This document shows, one piece after another, positions 29,937 to 39,551 of a stretch of DNA of 64,000 nucleotides; position 1 is the stretch's first letter; the number at the start of each line of letters is the position of its first letter. Position numbers and translations under genes: made by a program. The notes under the pieces are model-generated. The model worked only from the letters and a program-made list of their open reading frames with translations, was not told the origin of the DNA and searched no databases. Origin of the DNA: Vulcanimicrobiales bacterium (GTDB taxonomy: Bacteria > Vulcanimicrobiota > Vulcanimicrobiia > Vulcanimicrobiales > Vulcanimicrobiaceae); contig JBBRLI010000007.1 of the NCBI GenBank assembly GCA_038231455.1, positions 1 to 64,000 of the forward strand. The letters are read 5' to 3'.

Positions 29937-30901
29937 CCGACTTCATTAGCATCGTCGTTCCGCTCTACAACGAAGAGGGGAACGTCCGCACGCTCGTCGC
30001 GCGGATCGGTGCAATCATGGAGGGAATCACGCCGGATTACGAACTCGTCTGTATCAACGACGGCAGCAAAGATGCCACCTTACCGATTTTGCGCGAACTC
30101 GCGCAGACGAATCGGCATCTCGTCATCGTCAATCTCTCGCGCAACTTCGGTCACCAGCTGGCGGCGACGGCCGGCCTCGACACCGCGCTCGGCGATGCGA
30201 TCGTGCTCATGGACGGCGATCTGCAGGACCCGCCCGAACTGATCGCGGCCTTCGTCGAGAAGTGGCGCGCGGGATACGACGTCGTCTATGCGACGCGCCG
30301 CTCGCGTCGTGGCGAGAGCATGTTCAAAGTTTTTACCGCGCGGCTCTTCTACCGTATCACGCGCCGTCTGACGAACGTCTCGATCCCCGTCGACACCGGA
30401 GACTTCCGCCTGATGAGCCGCCGCGTCGTCGACGCGCTCAAACGCACGCGCGAGACGCACCGCTTCATTCGCGGCCTCGTCAGCTGGGTCGGCTACAACC
30501 AAATCGGCGTCGAGTACGACCGCGACGAGCGGATGTCGGGCACGACGAAGTATCCGTTTTCGAAGATGCTGACGTTCGCAATCGACGGCATCACCTCGTT
30601 CAGTCAGGTCCCGCTGCGGCTTGCGTCCTACTTGGGTTTTGCGACCAGCGGGTTTGCGTTCATCTACGCCGTCATCGTGCTCGTCTTAAAATTCTTGCAC
30701 CGCAACCAGCCGGGCTTCACCTCGACGATTTTGGCGATTCTGTTTCTCGGCGGCGTGCAGCTGATCTCACTTGGCATTCTCGGCGAATACATCGGCCGTA
30801 TCTACGATGAGATCAAAGCGCGTCCGCTTTACTTAGTTGCCGATATCGAGCGGTCGGACGAGCGCACCGTCGCAAACACCAGCGGCCGCAGCGCGACCTG
30901 A
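29933..30901 (+). CDS. Undecaprenyl-phosphate glycosyltransferase (GtrB/YkcC-like GT2)
   Basis: VVPLYNEE, NDGSKD, SRNFGHQ, DGDLQDPPE, DTGDFRLM and two C-terminal TMs with LGEYIGRIY. Confidence 0.93.
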   Translation: MTDFISIVVPLYNEEGNVRTLVARIGAIMEGITPDYELVCINDGSKDATLPILRELAQTNRHLVIVNLSRNFGHQLAATAGLDTALGDAIVLMDGDLQDPPELIAAFVEKWRAGYDVVYATRRSRRGESMFKVFTARLFYRITRRLTNVSIPVDTGDFRLMSRRVVDALKRTRETHRFIRGLVSWVGYNQIGVEYDRDERMSGTTKYPFSKMLTFAIDGITSFSQVPLRLASYLGFATSGFAFIYAVIVLVLKFLHRNQPGFTSTILAILFLGGVQLISLGILGEYIGRIYDEIKARPLYLVADIERSDERTVANTSGRSAT

Positions 30902-32118
30902 GCCGGACCGATGCGTACGAGCGTCGCCGCGCGTTCGCATTCGTAAGGTCCGCCGCCGTAGAGATCGAGCAGCGGATCGCCGGCAACAACGCGATCGCCG
31001 ACGCGGGCGCGAACGCGAACGCCCGCAAGTCTCCCACCCGCGATTCCTAAATCGCGCGCTAGCTCGCCGATACCGACCGCGTCCACTTCGCAAACAAATC
31101 CATCTTCGAGTGCGCGCACGCTGAGGCTTGCACCCGGTGCGAGCGCATCGAGCGCTGCACGCGAACCGCCTTGCGCCTCGATGAGTTCGACGAATTTCTC
31201 GGCGGCGCGACCGTCGGCTAGCGCGGAATCGATACTCGCACCGGGATCCGCGACCCCGCATGTCGCGAGCATCTCACCGGCAATCGCGTGAACGAGCGCG
31301 TGCAGTCGCCCATCGCGCATCGTGCCGCGCAAATAATCGCGTGCCTCAATGACCTCGAGTCCTGTCCCGACGTACGCCGCGAGCGGTTCGTCCATATCCG
31401 TGACGAGGGCGCTTGCGCGACGTTCGAAGTGCACGCTTAGCGCAACAAGTTTTTCCGCGAGCGAACGCGCATCGACATTCGATCGCATGAACGCGCCGCG
31501 TCCGGTCTTGACGTCGTACACGATGGCCTCGGCGCCGCCGGCGATCTTCTTCGAGACGATCGACGCTGCGATCAAGCCGATACTCGGGATCGTTCCGGTG
31601 CGGTCGCGCAGGGCGTAGAGTTTCTTGTCGGCGGGCACCAAGCGCGCGCTTTGCGCGGCGATCGCGCAACCGATGCGATCGACTTGCGCGATGAACGCAT
31701 CCGCCGCAAGATCCGTGCGCACGCCGGCGATCGACTCGAGTTTATCGAGCGTGCCGCCGGTATGCCCGAGCGCGCGGCCCGAGAGCTTTGCCACCGGAAC
31801 GCCGCACGCGGCAACCAGCGGAACGACCACGAGCGAGACGGCATCACCGACGCCGCCGCTGGAATGTTTGTCGACGCGCGGCGTCGAGCCGGGCGGAAAG
31901 ACGATCGTATCGCCCGAGTCGATCATCGCCCGCGTGAGCGCGAGAATCTCTGCATCGTCGATCCCGCGAATCACCACCGCCATCGCAAGCGCCGCCATCT
32001 GCGCATCGTCGATGTCGCCCCGCGAATACGCCGCAATGATGCGGGTCCACGTCGCGACTTCGAGCGGTTCGCCGTCGCGTTTGCGTTCGATGGCGCGGCG
32101 CATTTCGAGATGATCCAC
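30829..32118 (-). CDS. pdp: Pyrimidine-nucleoside/thymidine phosphorylase
   Basis: IERKRDG, DKHSSGGVGD, KLSGRALGHTGGTLDKLESI, PADKKLYALRD and SKKIAGG..YDVKTGRGAFM; start GTG 32118 or ATG 32103. Confidence 0.93.
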   Translation of the reverse strand: MDHLEMRRAIERKRDGEPLEVATWTRIIAAYSRGDIDDAQMAALAMAVVIRGIDDAEILALTRAMIDSGDTIVFPPGSTPRVDKHSSGGVGDAVSLVVVPLVAACGVPVAKLSGRALGHTGGTLDKLESIAGVRTDLAADAFIAQVDRIGCAIAAQSARLVPADKKLYALRDRTGTIPSIGLIAASIVSKKIAGGAEAIVYDVKTGRGAFMRSNVDARSLAEKLVALSVHFERRASALVTDMDEPLAAYVGTGLEVIEARDYLRGTMRDGRLHALVHAIAGEMLATCGVADPGASIDSALADGRAAEKFVELIEAQGGSRAALDALAPGASLSVRALEDGFVCEVDAVGIGELARDLGIAGGRLAGVRVRARVGDRVVAGDPLLDLYGGGPYECERAATLVRIGPAQVALRPLVFATVRSSDRSISATK

Positions 32119-32158
32119 AGCGCCGGGGTTCGCGGCACCGCAAGCGAACCCCGGTGCA

Positions 32159-33778
32159 ATGGGAACGCTGCCGATCCCGGTCGTCGACGCCTGGGGCACG
32201 GCCGCCATCGTTCCGCTCGCGTGGCTCCTGGGAATCGTAGCGCTCGCCGCAGGAGCATACGGCGCTGCGATACGCGTTGCGGCGCGGCTTCCGCTTCGGG
32301 TAGTTTTGCCTGCGATCGGCGCTGCGCTCACGATCGCGCTCGTCGCACCGGCGATTTTTTCAAGCGATCTCTACGCGTATCTCGCATACGGCGAACGCGC
32401 AGCCCACGGCTGCAATCCGTGGGGGTCGACGGCGACGTGCAATGCCGGTCCGCTCGCGGAACTCGCGCGCATCGCGTGGCATCACGACCCGCCGCGACTC
32501 GTCTACGGTCCGGCGTTCGTCATCGTAGCGGCGCTAGTCGCGCCGCTCGGTGCGATCGATCCGCGCGCCGCAGTTCTCGCCTGGCGGATCGCGATGTGCC
32601 TTGCCTTTCTCGGCGCAATCGCTCGCATCGCGCAAGCAAGCGGCATGCGTGCAGCGATTATCGTTGGCGCAAACCCGGTCGCGCTCTGGACGGTCGGCGA
32701 AGGCCACAACGACGCGCTGATGCTCCTTTTTGCCGCGTTCGCGTTCGGCGTTACGAACCGGGCTCGGTCGCTTTTTTGGATCGCTGCAATCGCGGTCAAA
32801 GGGATCGCCCTCGTCCCGGCGCTTTGGATCGAGCGCAAGTGGGGGGCGCGAGTCGTCGTCCTGGCGGCAACCGTTGCGTGCTATCTCCCACTGTTGCTTG
32901 CCGTCGATTCCAGCGGTGGCGTGCGAGCCTCGACGACGACAGCGTACGATATCGCAAGCCTGCTGCCGCTACCACATCTCATCGCGCAAGCAGGCGTCGC
33001 GATATTACTCGGCGGCTTCTTGCTCGTCCGAGCGCCGCGCGACGAACGGATCGCGCGCTACGTTCTCCTCGCGTGGTGCTTGCTACCGAACGCCTACCCG
33101 TGGTACGCGCTCTGGATTTTACCGTTCGCAGCGTATTTTTGGGGAACATCAACCGCAAGCGCGCTCGTCTGGGCCGCCACCGTCTCGATCGTCCGGTACA
33201 TTCCTGACGCCACGATCGGGAACGACCCCGCCCTCCGGAGTAATATCGTTTTCATGCAGTTTCTGCCGCCGCTCGCCATCATCGCCGCAGCCCGTCTACA
33301 AAAGAAAAGCGCCGTCGTAGCGTCTCTCGTTGCCATCGCCGCTACGCTAATGGGCTGCGCAAAACCCGAACCCGGCGCGCAGAACACGCAAGCGACGGCG
33401 CCGCCAGCGCAATCGGCGCAGTCAACCGTCGTGAGTACGCCCTCAGCACAATTCGGCTACGTGCTAACTCCACCAGCCGAAGCAAACGCCCCAGCCGGCA
33501 GCCCGCGCATCCTAGAAATAGCACTGAACGCGCAAACGCTGATTTCACCGGGTCCGGTCCTCGTCCGCATAACAACAACGACCGACGTAGTCAACGTAAT
33601 AGCCAAAGCCCTCGGCCGCGAAATAACAATCCAACAAGCCTCGCCAGGAATTTTTTCCGGCGGCGAAGACATCCCACGTGTGCCAGCCTTCATGCGAAGA
33701 AGCTACGAAGTAGAAATCATCGCCGCTAACGCGGCCGGCAAAACAGCAAAAGCCACAGTCCCAGTAACCCTCCGCTAA
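32159..33778 (+). CDS. MptA/MptB-like GT-C mannosyltransferase fused to a lipoprotein-like Ig domain
   Basis: FSSDLYAYLAYG, VYGPAF, NPV...GEGHNDALM and YPWYALW; then KKSAVVASLVAIAATLMG-C and a C-terminal domain resembling 28632-28994. Confidence 0.7.
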   Translation: MGTLPIPVVDAWGTAAIVPLAWLLGIVALAAGAYGAAIRVAARLPLRVVLPAIGAALTIALVAPAIFSSDLYAYLAYGERAAHGCNPWGSTATCNAGPLAELARIAWHHDPPRLVYGPAFVIVAALVAPLGAIDPRAAVLAWRIAMCLAFLGAIARIAQASGMRAAIIVGANPVALWTVGEGHNDALMLLFAAFAFGVTNRARSLFWIAAIAVKGIALVPALWIERKWGARVVVLAATVACYLPLLLAVDSSGGVRASTTTAYDIASLLPLPHLIAQAGVAILLGGFLLVRAPRDERIARYVLLAWCLLPNAYPWYALWILPFAAYFWGTSTASALVWAATVSIVRYIPDATIGNDPALRSNIVFMQFLPPLAIIAAARLQKKSAVVASLVAIAATLMGCAKPEPGAQNTQATAPPAQSAQSTVVSTPSAQFGYVLTPPAEANAPAGSPRILEIALNAQTLISPGPVLVRITTTTDVVNVIAKALGREITIQQASPGIFSGGEDIPRVPAFMRRSYEVEIIAANAAGKTAKATVPVTLR

Positions 33779-33788
33779 AAGCAAAAGA

Positions 33789-34192
33789 GCCCCTTCGGGC
33801 CCCCCAAGGGGAATCGCGACCGCGCCCCCGTGTCGGCGGGGCCCAGCGACATGGGGGCCCCACGCAAAGCGTGGGGGGCGCGCAGCCCGGGGCGGAGCGC
33901 CTTTACAACGGCACGCCTCGATCGTGCTGAACGCAACGCACCGGCGCACCGCCCAGCGCGCGCTCGGGCGCCAGGGCTAAGTCAAGCCACCATCCCGGCA
34001 TGCCGGTGCGTTGCGTTCGGCACGATCCAGGCGTGCCGGTGCGTTGCGCTTGCCACCGTCCCCGCATGCCGGTTGGAAAGGCGCTCCGCCCCTGGCTCCG
34101 CGCCCCCCACGCTTTGCGTGGGGCCCCCATTGTCGTGGGCCCCGCCGACATGGTGGCACGTTCGCGATTCCCCGCGGGGGGCCCTAAGGGGC
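33789..34192. repeat. ~400-bp imperfect palindrome: two inverted copies of a ~115-bp GC-rich module flanking ~33-bp tandem units
   Basis: 33789-33904 matches the reverse complement of 34077-34192 with scattered mismatches. Each arm has the hairpin CCCCACGC-AAA-GCGTGGGG. Internal units CCGGCA(C/T)GC..GAT.GTG...ACGCAACGCA occur once on the left and about three times inverted on the right. Confidence 0.95.
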
Positions 34193-34246
34193 GTTATCGT
34201 GTCTATCGAGGTGCGCGCCTAGCCTGTTCTCGGCTTTGATCTTGCG

Positions 34247-34255
34247 TGGTACGAT
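34247..34255 (+). promoter_or_regulatory. Putative extended -10 promoter of mfd
   Basis: TG-G-TACGAT ending 23 nt before the mfd ATG; GAGG directly before the start. Confidence 0.4.
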
Positions 34256-34278
34256 AGCAATCCGCGCAAAACCCGAGG

Positions 34279-37200
34279 ATGTCTACCATCGCGACCCTGG
34301 CCCCGACTCTTGTTCGTGCTCTTCCCAGTTCCAGTCGATCGCTTGCGGGCTTGATCGAGCGGCTCCGCACGCCACTTGAAGGCAACCGTGGCCTCGCTTT
34401 CGCCCTGCACGAGACAACCGCATCGGCCCGGCCGTACCTCATCGCCGGTCTCTTTCGCGCTCTCGGCGGGCAGCTATTCATCGCGACGCCGACCACAGAC
34501 GTCGCTGAACGCACCTTTGCCGATCTGCTCTACTTTTTGGGCGAGGGCGAATCCGACACCGTCGCGCTTTTGCGTGCGCGGGACGAAACCGTCGGCGCGA
34601 TCGAAAGCCCAAGCGAACGCAGCGCACGTATGACGCTGCTCGCGGATCTCTGCGCGCGCAAAGCGCGCATCATCGTCGCTCCGGTCGCCGCACTCCGCCA
34701 ATACGTCATTCCCCGCGCGATGTTCGATGAACTCAGCCTCACGCTCGCCGTCGGCGATGAACCCGGCTGGGACGACATCCAAAACCGCCTGTATCGCCTC
34801 GGCTATTCGCGTGCTGACGTGGTGAGCGCCGCCGGTGAATACGCGGTGCGCGGCGGCATCATCGACCTCTATCCCGCAACGAGCGACGCACCGGTTCGTT
34901 TAGAATTCTTCGGCGACACGCTCGAATCGATTCGCCCCTTCGACCTGCAATCGCAGCGCAGCGACGGCGAACGCGAACTTATCCACATCACGCCGTGGCT
35001 TGAGATCCCGCGCGACGACATCTACCGCGAGCGCGTGATCGAGCGCGCAACGGGCGAGCCTGCGATGGTCTCCGCGCTGCGTTCTTATCTTGCAACCGGC
35101 GCTGAGGTTCCCGATCCGTGGCTCTCGCTTGCCTTCGATTCGCGCGCCACGATCCTTGACTATCTCGACCCGAACGCCGTGATCGTCATCGACGAGCCGG
35201 GAATGCTCGCAACGATCGATCGCAGCCTCGATGAAGAACGCTCGCGCGAAGAACAAGTGCTGCTTGCGGGCGTCGAATCCGGCGAACTCGACGTGCGTGC
35301 CGAGGAAGTCGGCGAAGCGCTACTCGCCGATCTTGTCGCACCGTTCCCGCGCCTCGATGATTTACGCGAAGCACTTGCGGCGCGCCGCGTGCTCACGATT
35401 ACCGGCGGCATCGAAGCGGCAGGCGATCTTGCTTGGCTACCGCGCTCGCTCGATGATTTCGTTCTCGAAACGCGCCCGGCCGAACACTTCAACCGCCGTA
35501 TCGAACTCTTCGTCACCTCGGTCAACGAGTGGCTTGCGGCCGGTGAAACGGTCTGGCTGGTCGCCTCGGGTGCATCGCGTCTAGCGGAACTCTTACGCGC
35601 TGCGGGCGTGAGTGTCGAACGCAGCGCAAACGCGATTCACTTGCGCGCCGCCGGCCCGCTGGGCGTCGCGGGGAACGATGGGCTCGCGATGGGTACGACG
35701 CAGACGCGCGGCACCGTTTACGTCGATCAGGGTTCGCTCGAAGCCGGCTTTTCGATTCCGGGCCTTCGACTGCATGTGCTCGGCGACCGCGAGATCTACG
35801 GTCAGCAGGCGAAGCGCGTCAAGCTGCGCGCGGTCAAAGAGGGCGTGCCGATCACGCTTGCCGATCTCAAAGTCGGCGACTACGTCGTGCACGCGGTGCA
35901 CGGCATCGGCCAGTACTTGGGCTTGCGCGCGGAGACGATTCTCGGCGCAACGAGCGACTATCTCGATTTGAAATACGCGGGAACAGACCGCATGCTCGTG
36001 CCGGTGTTGCAAATGCACATGGTCACGAAGTACAGCGCGAACGAAGGCGTCGCGCCCAAACTCAGCAAGATGGGCGGCGCCGATTGGGCGCGCACCAAAG
36101 GCCGTGTATCCGAGGCGCTCGGGAAAATCGCCGACGATCTCGTCGCACTCTACGCCCAGCGCGAGATGGCGCAAGGCCATACGTTCGGCCCCGATACGCC
36201 GTGGCAAGCCGAGCTCGAAGAATCATTTCCGTACGAACCGACCGTCGACCAAGCAAAAGCCATCACCGATGCAAAAGCCGACATGGAACGCGCGCGGCCG
36301 ATGGATCGCCTCGTGTGCGGCGATGTCGGGTACGGCAAAACAGAAGTCGCCGTACGCGCGATCTTCAAAGCGATCGCCGACAAGAAGCAAGTCGCGTTCC
36401 TCGTACCAACGACCCTGCTCGCCGCGCAACATCACCGCACGCTCACCGGCCGCTTCGCGAGTTTTCCGACGCGCGTCGATGAACTCTCACGTTTCAAAAC
36501 CAAGAAAGAACAGCAGGCGACGCTCGCGGCGCTCGCAGCGGGTCAGGTCGACGTCGTCGTCGGCACGCATCGTTTACTGCAGAAAGACGTCGTCTTCCGC
36601 GACCTCGGCCTCATCGTCGTCGACGAAGAACAACGTTTTGGCGTAATGCACAAGGAACGTCTCAAGCAAATGCGCGCTTCGGTCGACGTGCTCACGCTCT
36701 CGGCAACGCCGATCCCACGCACGCTGCAGATGTCGCTGATGGGCGTGCGCGATCTCTCGCTCATTCAAACCGCGCCTAAAAATCGCATGTCGATCAAAAC
36801 GGTCGTCGTGCCCGCATCCGATGCCGTCGTGCAGCGCGCGATCGCAAACGAACTCGATCGCGGCGGTCAAGTCTACTACGTCCACAACCGGATCGAATCG
36901 ATCCACGCGGTCGCGCGCGCCTTACAGCAGCTCGTCCCCAAAGCCCGCATCGGCGTCGGTCACGGTCAGATGACCGAATCCGAACTCGAGCCCGTCATGG
37001 GCCAATTCATCGAGGGCGAGCTCGACGTGTTCGTCTCGACAACGATCATCGAGAACGGCATCGACATCCCCAATGTCAATACGATCATCGTCAACGACGC
37101 CGATAAGTTCGGCCTCGCGCAACTCTATCAACTCCGCGGACGCGTCGGGCGCTCGAACCACCAAGCCTACGCATATTTACTCTACCAGGCCCACAAGACG

Positions 37201-37854
37201 CTCTCCGAGGACGCCAAGGCACGGCTCGAGGCGATTCGCGAATTCACGCACTTAGGTTCCGGATTACAGATTGCGATGCGCGATCTCGAGATCCGCGGGT
37301 CGGGGAATCTGCTCGGTTCCGCGCAGTCGGGTTTCATCGGCGCGGTGGGTTTCGAGACGTACGTCTCGCTCCTGGCCGACGCGATCGCCGAGCGCAAAGG
37401 TCGCCCGGCCGACTTCGAAGAGAAGCGGGAAGCCGTCATCGATATCAAGCTCGACGCGTTTGTCCCCGCGGATTACATCCCGCAAGTCTCGCAGAAAATC
37501 GCGGTCTATCAGGAACTCGCAAGCGCGCGCAGCGAAGCGCAAGTGGAGGAAATCGTCAGCGGCGTCATCGACCGCTTCGGTCCGCTTCCCGAACCGCTGC
37601 AGAATCTCGTCGAAATCACCAAACTTCGGACCACCGCCTTGCGCAAAGGCGTCACGCGCGTCGTGATCGCGGAAACACGTCTGACGCTGGGCGTCGGTTC
37701 GGCGTTCTCGATCGATCCCGCGGCGATCCCGAAACTCCAGTCGCTCACGCGCAACAAATTCCGCTTTGCCGAAGGAAAGATTCTCGTCGACTTGCCGCCG
37801 CGCAAACCGGCCGAGCAAATGCCGATCCTTCGCGCGCTGCTCGAGGCCCTCTAG
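34279..37854 (+). CDS. mfd: Transcription-repair coupling factor
   Basis: [61 protein letters not shown] and the TRG motif [13 protein letters not shown]. Confidence 0.97.
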   Translation: MSTIATLAPTLVRALPSSSRSLAGLIERLRTPLEGNRGLAFALHETTASARPYLIAGLFRALGGQLFIATPTTDVAERTFADLLYFLGEGESDTVALLRARDETVGAIESPSERSARMTLLADLCARKARIIVAPVAALRQYVIPRAMFDELSLTLAVGDEPGWDDIQNRLYRLGYSRADVVSAAGEYAVRGGIIDLYPATSDAPVRLEFFGDTLESIRPFDLQSQRSDGERELIHITPWLEIPRDDIYRERVIERATGEPAMVSALRSYLATGAEVPDPWLSLAFDSRATILDYLDPNAVIVIDEPGMLATIDRSLDEERSREEQVLLAGVESGELDVRAEEVGEALLADLVAPFPRLDDLREALAARRVLTITGGIEAAGDLAWLPRSLDDFVLETRPAEHFNRRIELFVTSVNEWLAAGETVWLVASGASRLAELLRAAGVSVERSANAIHLRAAGPLGVAGNDGLAMGTTQTRGTVYVDQGSLEAGFSIPGLRLHVLGDREIYGQQAKRVKLRAVKEGVPITLADLKVGDYVVHAVHGIGQYLGLRAETILGATSDYLDLKYAGTDRMLVPVLQMHMVTKYSANEGVAPKLSKMGGADWARTKGRVSEALGKIADDLVALYAQREMAQGHTFGPDTPWQAELEESFPYEPTVDQAKAITDAKADMERARPMDRLVCGDVGYGKTEVAVRAIFKAIADKKQVAFLVPTTLLAAQHHRTLTGRFASFPTRVDELSRFKTKKEQQATLAALAAGQVDVVVGTHRLLQKDVVFRDLGLIVVDEEQRFGVMHKERLKQMRASVDVLTLSATPIPRTLQMSLMGVRDLSLIQTAPKNRMSIKTVVVPASDAVVQRAIANELDRGGQVYYVHNRIESIHAVARALQQLVPKARIGVGHGQMTESELEPVMGQFIEGELDVFVSTTIIENGIDIPNVNTIIVNDADKFGLAQLYQLRGRVGRSNHQAYAYLLYQAHKTLSEDAKARLEAIREFTHLGSGLQIAMRDLEIRGSGNLLGSAQSGFIGAVGFETYVSLLADAIAERKGRPADFEEKREAVIDIKLDAFVPADYIPQVSQKIAVYQELASARSEAQVEEIVSGVIDRFGPLPEPLQNLVEITKLRTTALRKGVTRVVIAETRLTLGVGSAFSIDPAAIPKLQSLTRNKFRFAEGKILVDLPPRKPAEQMPILRALLEAL

Positions 37855-37903
37855 CATCGAAGGCAAAAACGTCACCGACACCGTTGCGGAAACGGTCTCA
37901 TCG

Positions 37904-38368
37904 ATGGTCGAGATCGAACAGCGCGCCGAGGCCGACCTCTCGGCCCGTCAACGTGCGATCGAGCGCGTCACCGCGAACCTCGGCCGACCGCGGGCGATCG
38001 ACGCCCTCCTGGTCCTCGTCGCGATCTGGACGGCAACCAATCTCGCGCTCAAGCATCCGCTCGATCCCCCGCCGTTCTACTGGATGCAGGGGGCGGTTGG
38101 CCTCGGCGCCCTGGTCATGACCATGCTGATCCTTACAACGCAGAACCGAGCGAGTGCGCTCTCGGAACAGCGTGCGCGGTTGGCACTGCAAATCAGCCTG
38201 CTGACCGAAAAAAAGGTCTCGAAACTCATCGAACTGCTCGAATCGCTCCGGCGCGACGATCCGACCATTGCCAATCGCTACGACCCGGTAGCCGCGGAAA
38301 TGCAAAAATCGCCCGATCCGACGGCGGTCGTCGAGGCGATGGAGCGGAACGTACCCACCGAGCCCTAG
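37904..38368 (+). CDS. DUF1003-family membrane protein
   Basis: QRAIERVT...W...N...DPPPFYW...ILTTQNR...SLLTEKKV pattern; start uncertain. Confidence 0.75.
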   Translation: MVEIEQRAEADLSARQRAIERVTANLGRPRAIDALLVLVAIWTATNLALKHPLDPPPFYWMQGAVGLGALVMTMLILTTQNRASALSEQRARLALQISLLTEKKVSKLIELLESLRRDDPTIANRYDPVAAEMQKSPDPTAVVEAMERNVPTEP

Positions 38369-38472
38369 GAGGGGATGGCCGCCGTGCGGCCCGAATTCAC
38401 GGGACGTTTGCGGAGCCCTTGAGCTCCGTTCTTTACGCCGCCGGCTGTCTAGCAGTTTGGCTTGGAGTTGAC

Positions 38473-39450
38473 ATGTTTTCGATTGGTAACCGCGCTCTCG
38501 CGGGTTTCGCGACAGCGACGCTGTGTCTTGGTCTGGCCGCTTGCGGTTCGGGCGGCGGTGGCGGCGACATCGCCGCGGTGAACGGACAGAAAATCTCACG
38601 CGCCGACTTCGACAAGAAGCTCGAAGCAGGCCCGGCCGGAAAGTCGACGCTCACGCAACTCGTGCAGCAGTCGCTTGTCGACCAGTATGCAAACGACAAC
38701 AAAATCACGGTCGCGGACTCCGAAATCGACAAACGCGAGAACGACATCAAAGCGAAGTACCCCGCCGGTCAGTTCGATCAGATCCTCAAACAACAGGGTC
38801 TTACCGAACCCGATGTACGCACGATTCTGCGCCAGCAGATCGTGATCGAGAAGGCCGTCAGCAAAGACGTCCACGTTTCGGATACCGACATCAAAGCGTA
38901 CTTCGATAAGAATCACGCGACGCTCGATAAACCCGAGCAGGTGCGCGCGCGCCACATCCTCGTTGCCGATCTCAAAACGGCAAACGACGTCGAAGCCAAG
39001 CTTAAATCCGGTGCCAAGTTCGAAGATCTGGCCAAACAATATTCGACCGATCCCTCATCGAAAGATAAAGGCGGCGAGCTCGGCTTCTTCGGAAAAGGTC
39101 AGATGGTCCCGGCGTTCCAGGATGCCGCGTTCTCATCGCCCATCGGCAAAATCACGGCGCCCGTGAAATCGCCGTTCGGCTTCCACATCATCCAGGTCGA
39201 AGAGAAGAAAGCCGCGGTCAAGGCGACGCTGGCCAACCAGCACGATACGATTGCCGATCAGCTCAAGCAGCAGCAGAACGCGCAGCAGTTCCCGGTCTTC
39301 CTCCAGGGTCTGAAGGCGAAAGCCAAGATCGAAGTTTACGACGACCGTCTTAAGGACGCGTTCCCGCCGGCCGTGCCTGCGGCAGCGACCGCACCGCCCG
39401 CCGCCGCTCCCGCTGCGACCCCCGCGGCCAAGGCGACCCCCGCGAAGTAA
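38473..39450 (+). CDS. prsA: PrsA-like parvulin peptidyl-prolyl isomerase (foldase) lipoprotein
   Basis: GGAG RBS, LAAC lipobox, VRARHILV, FEDLAKQYSTD, GGELG, MVPAF and SPFGFHII. Confidence 0.92.
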   Translation: MFSIGNRALAGFATATLCLGLAACGSGGGGGDIAAVNGQKISRADFDKKLEAGPAGKSTLTQLVQQSLVDQYANDNKITVADSEIDKRENDIKAKYPAGQFDQILKQQGLTEPDVRTILRQQIVIEKAVSKDVHVSDTDIKAYFDKNHATLDKPEQVRARHILVADLKTANDVEAKLKSGAKFEDLAKQYSTDPSSKDKGGELGFFGKGQMVPAFQDAAFSSPIGKITAPVKSPFGFHIIQVEEKKAAVKATLANQHDTIADQLKQQQNAQQFPVFLQGLKAKAKIEVYDDRLKDAFPPAVPAAATAPPAAAPAATPAAKATPAK

Positions 39451-39479
39451 CGACCGCACCCCGCCGCGAGCGGAACTCC

Positions 39480-39510
39480 AAGCGCCGACGGTTCGCCGTC
39501 GGCGCTTTGT
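39480..39510 (+). terminator. Rho-independent terminator-like hairpin after prsA
   Basis: AAGCGCCGACGG-TTCG-CCGTCGGCGCTT perfect 12-bp stem followed by TGT. Confidence 0.7.
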
Positions 39511-39551
39511 CATAGGTCGCCCCACCCCGGGCGGCGGAATCTCTAGGCGCT

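Noticed and set aside
30829-30901. 73-bp convergent overlap of pdp and the GT2 gene
   Set aside because: It involves non-conserved C-terminal tails, and short convergent overlaps recur in this compact window (7159-7169, 10950-10953, 28632-28635).
31651-33207. 518-aa plus-strand ORF
   Set aside because: Overlaps pdp (antisense) and the GT-C gene (alternative frame); Arg-rich with no recognisable motifs.
33908-34072. 33-bp tandem units as a CRISPR array
   Set aside because: The units are contiguous and degenerate, with no unique spacers, and no cas genes are in the window.
33545-34239. Short ORFs crossing the palindrome (33830-34222 +, 33903-34151 - and others)
   Set aside because: Their mirror-image peptides (MGAPRKAWGARS) are a by-product of the inverted repeat; there is no coding signal.
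39364-39447. Repetitive GC-rich tract at the end of prsA
   Set aside because: It encodes an ordinary Ala/Pro/Thr low-complexity tail.
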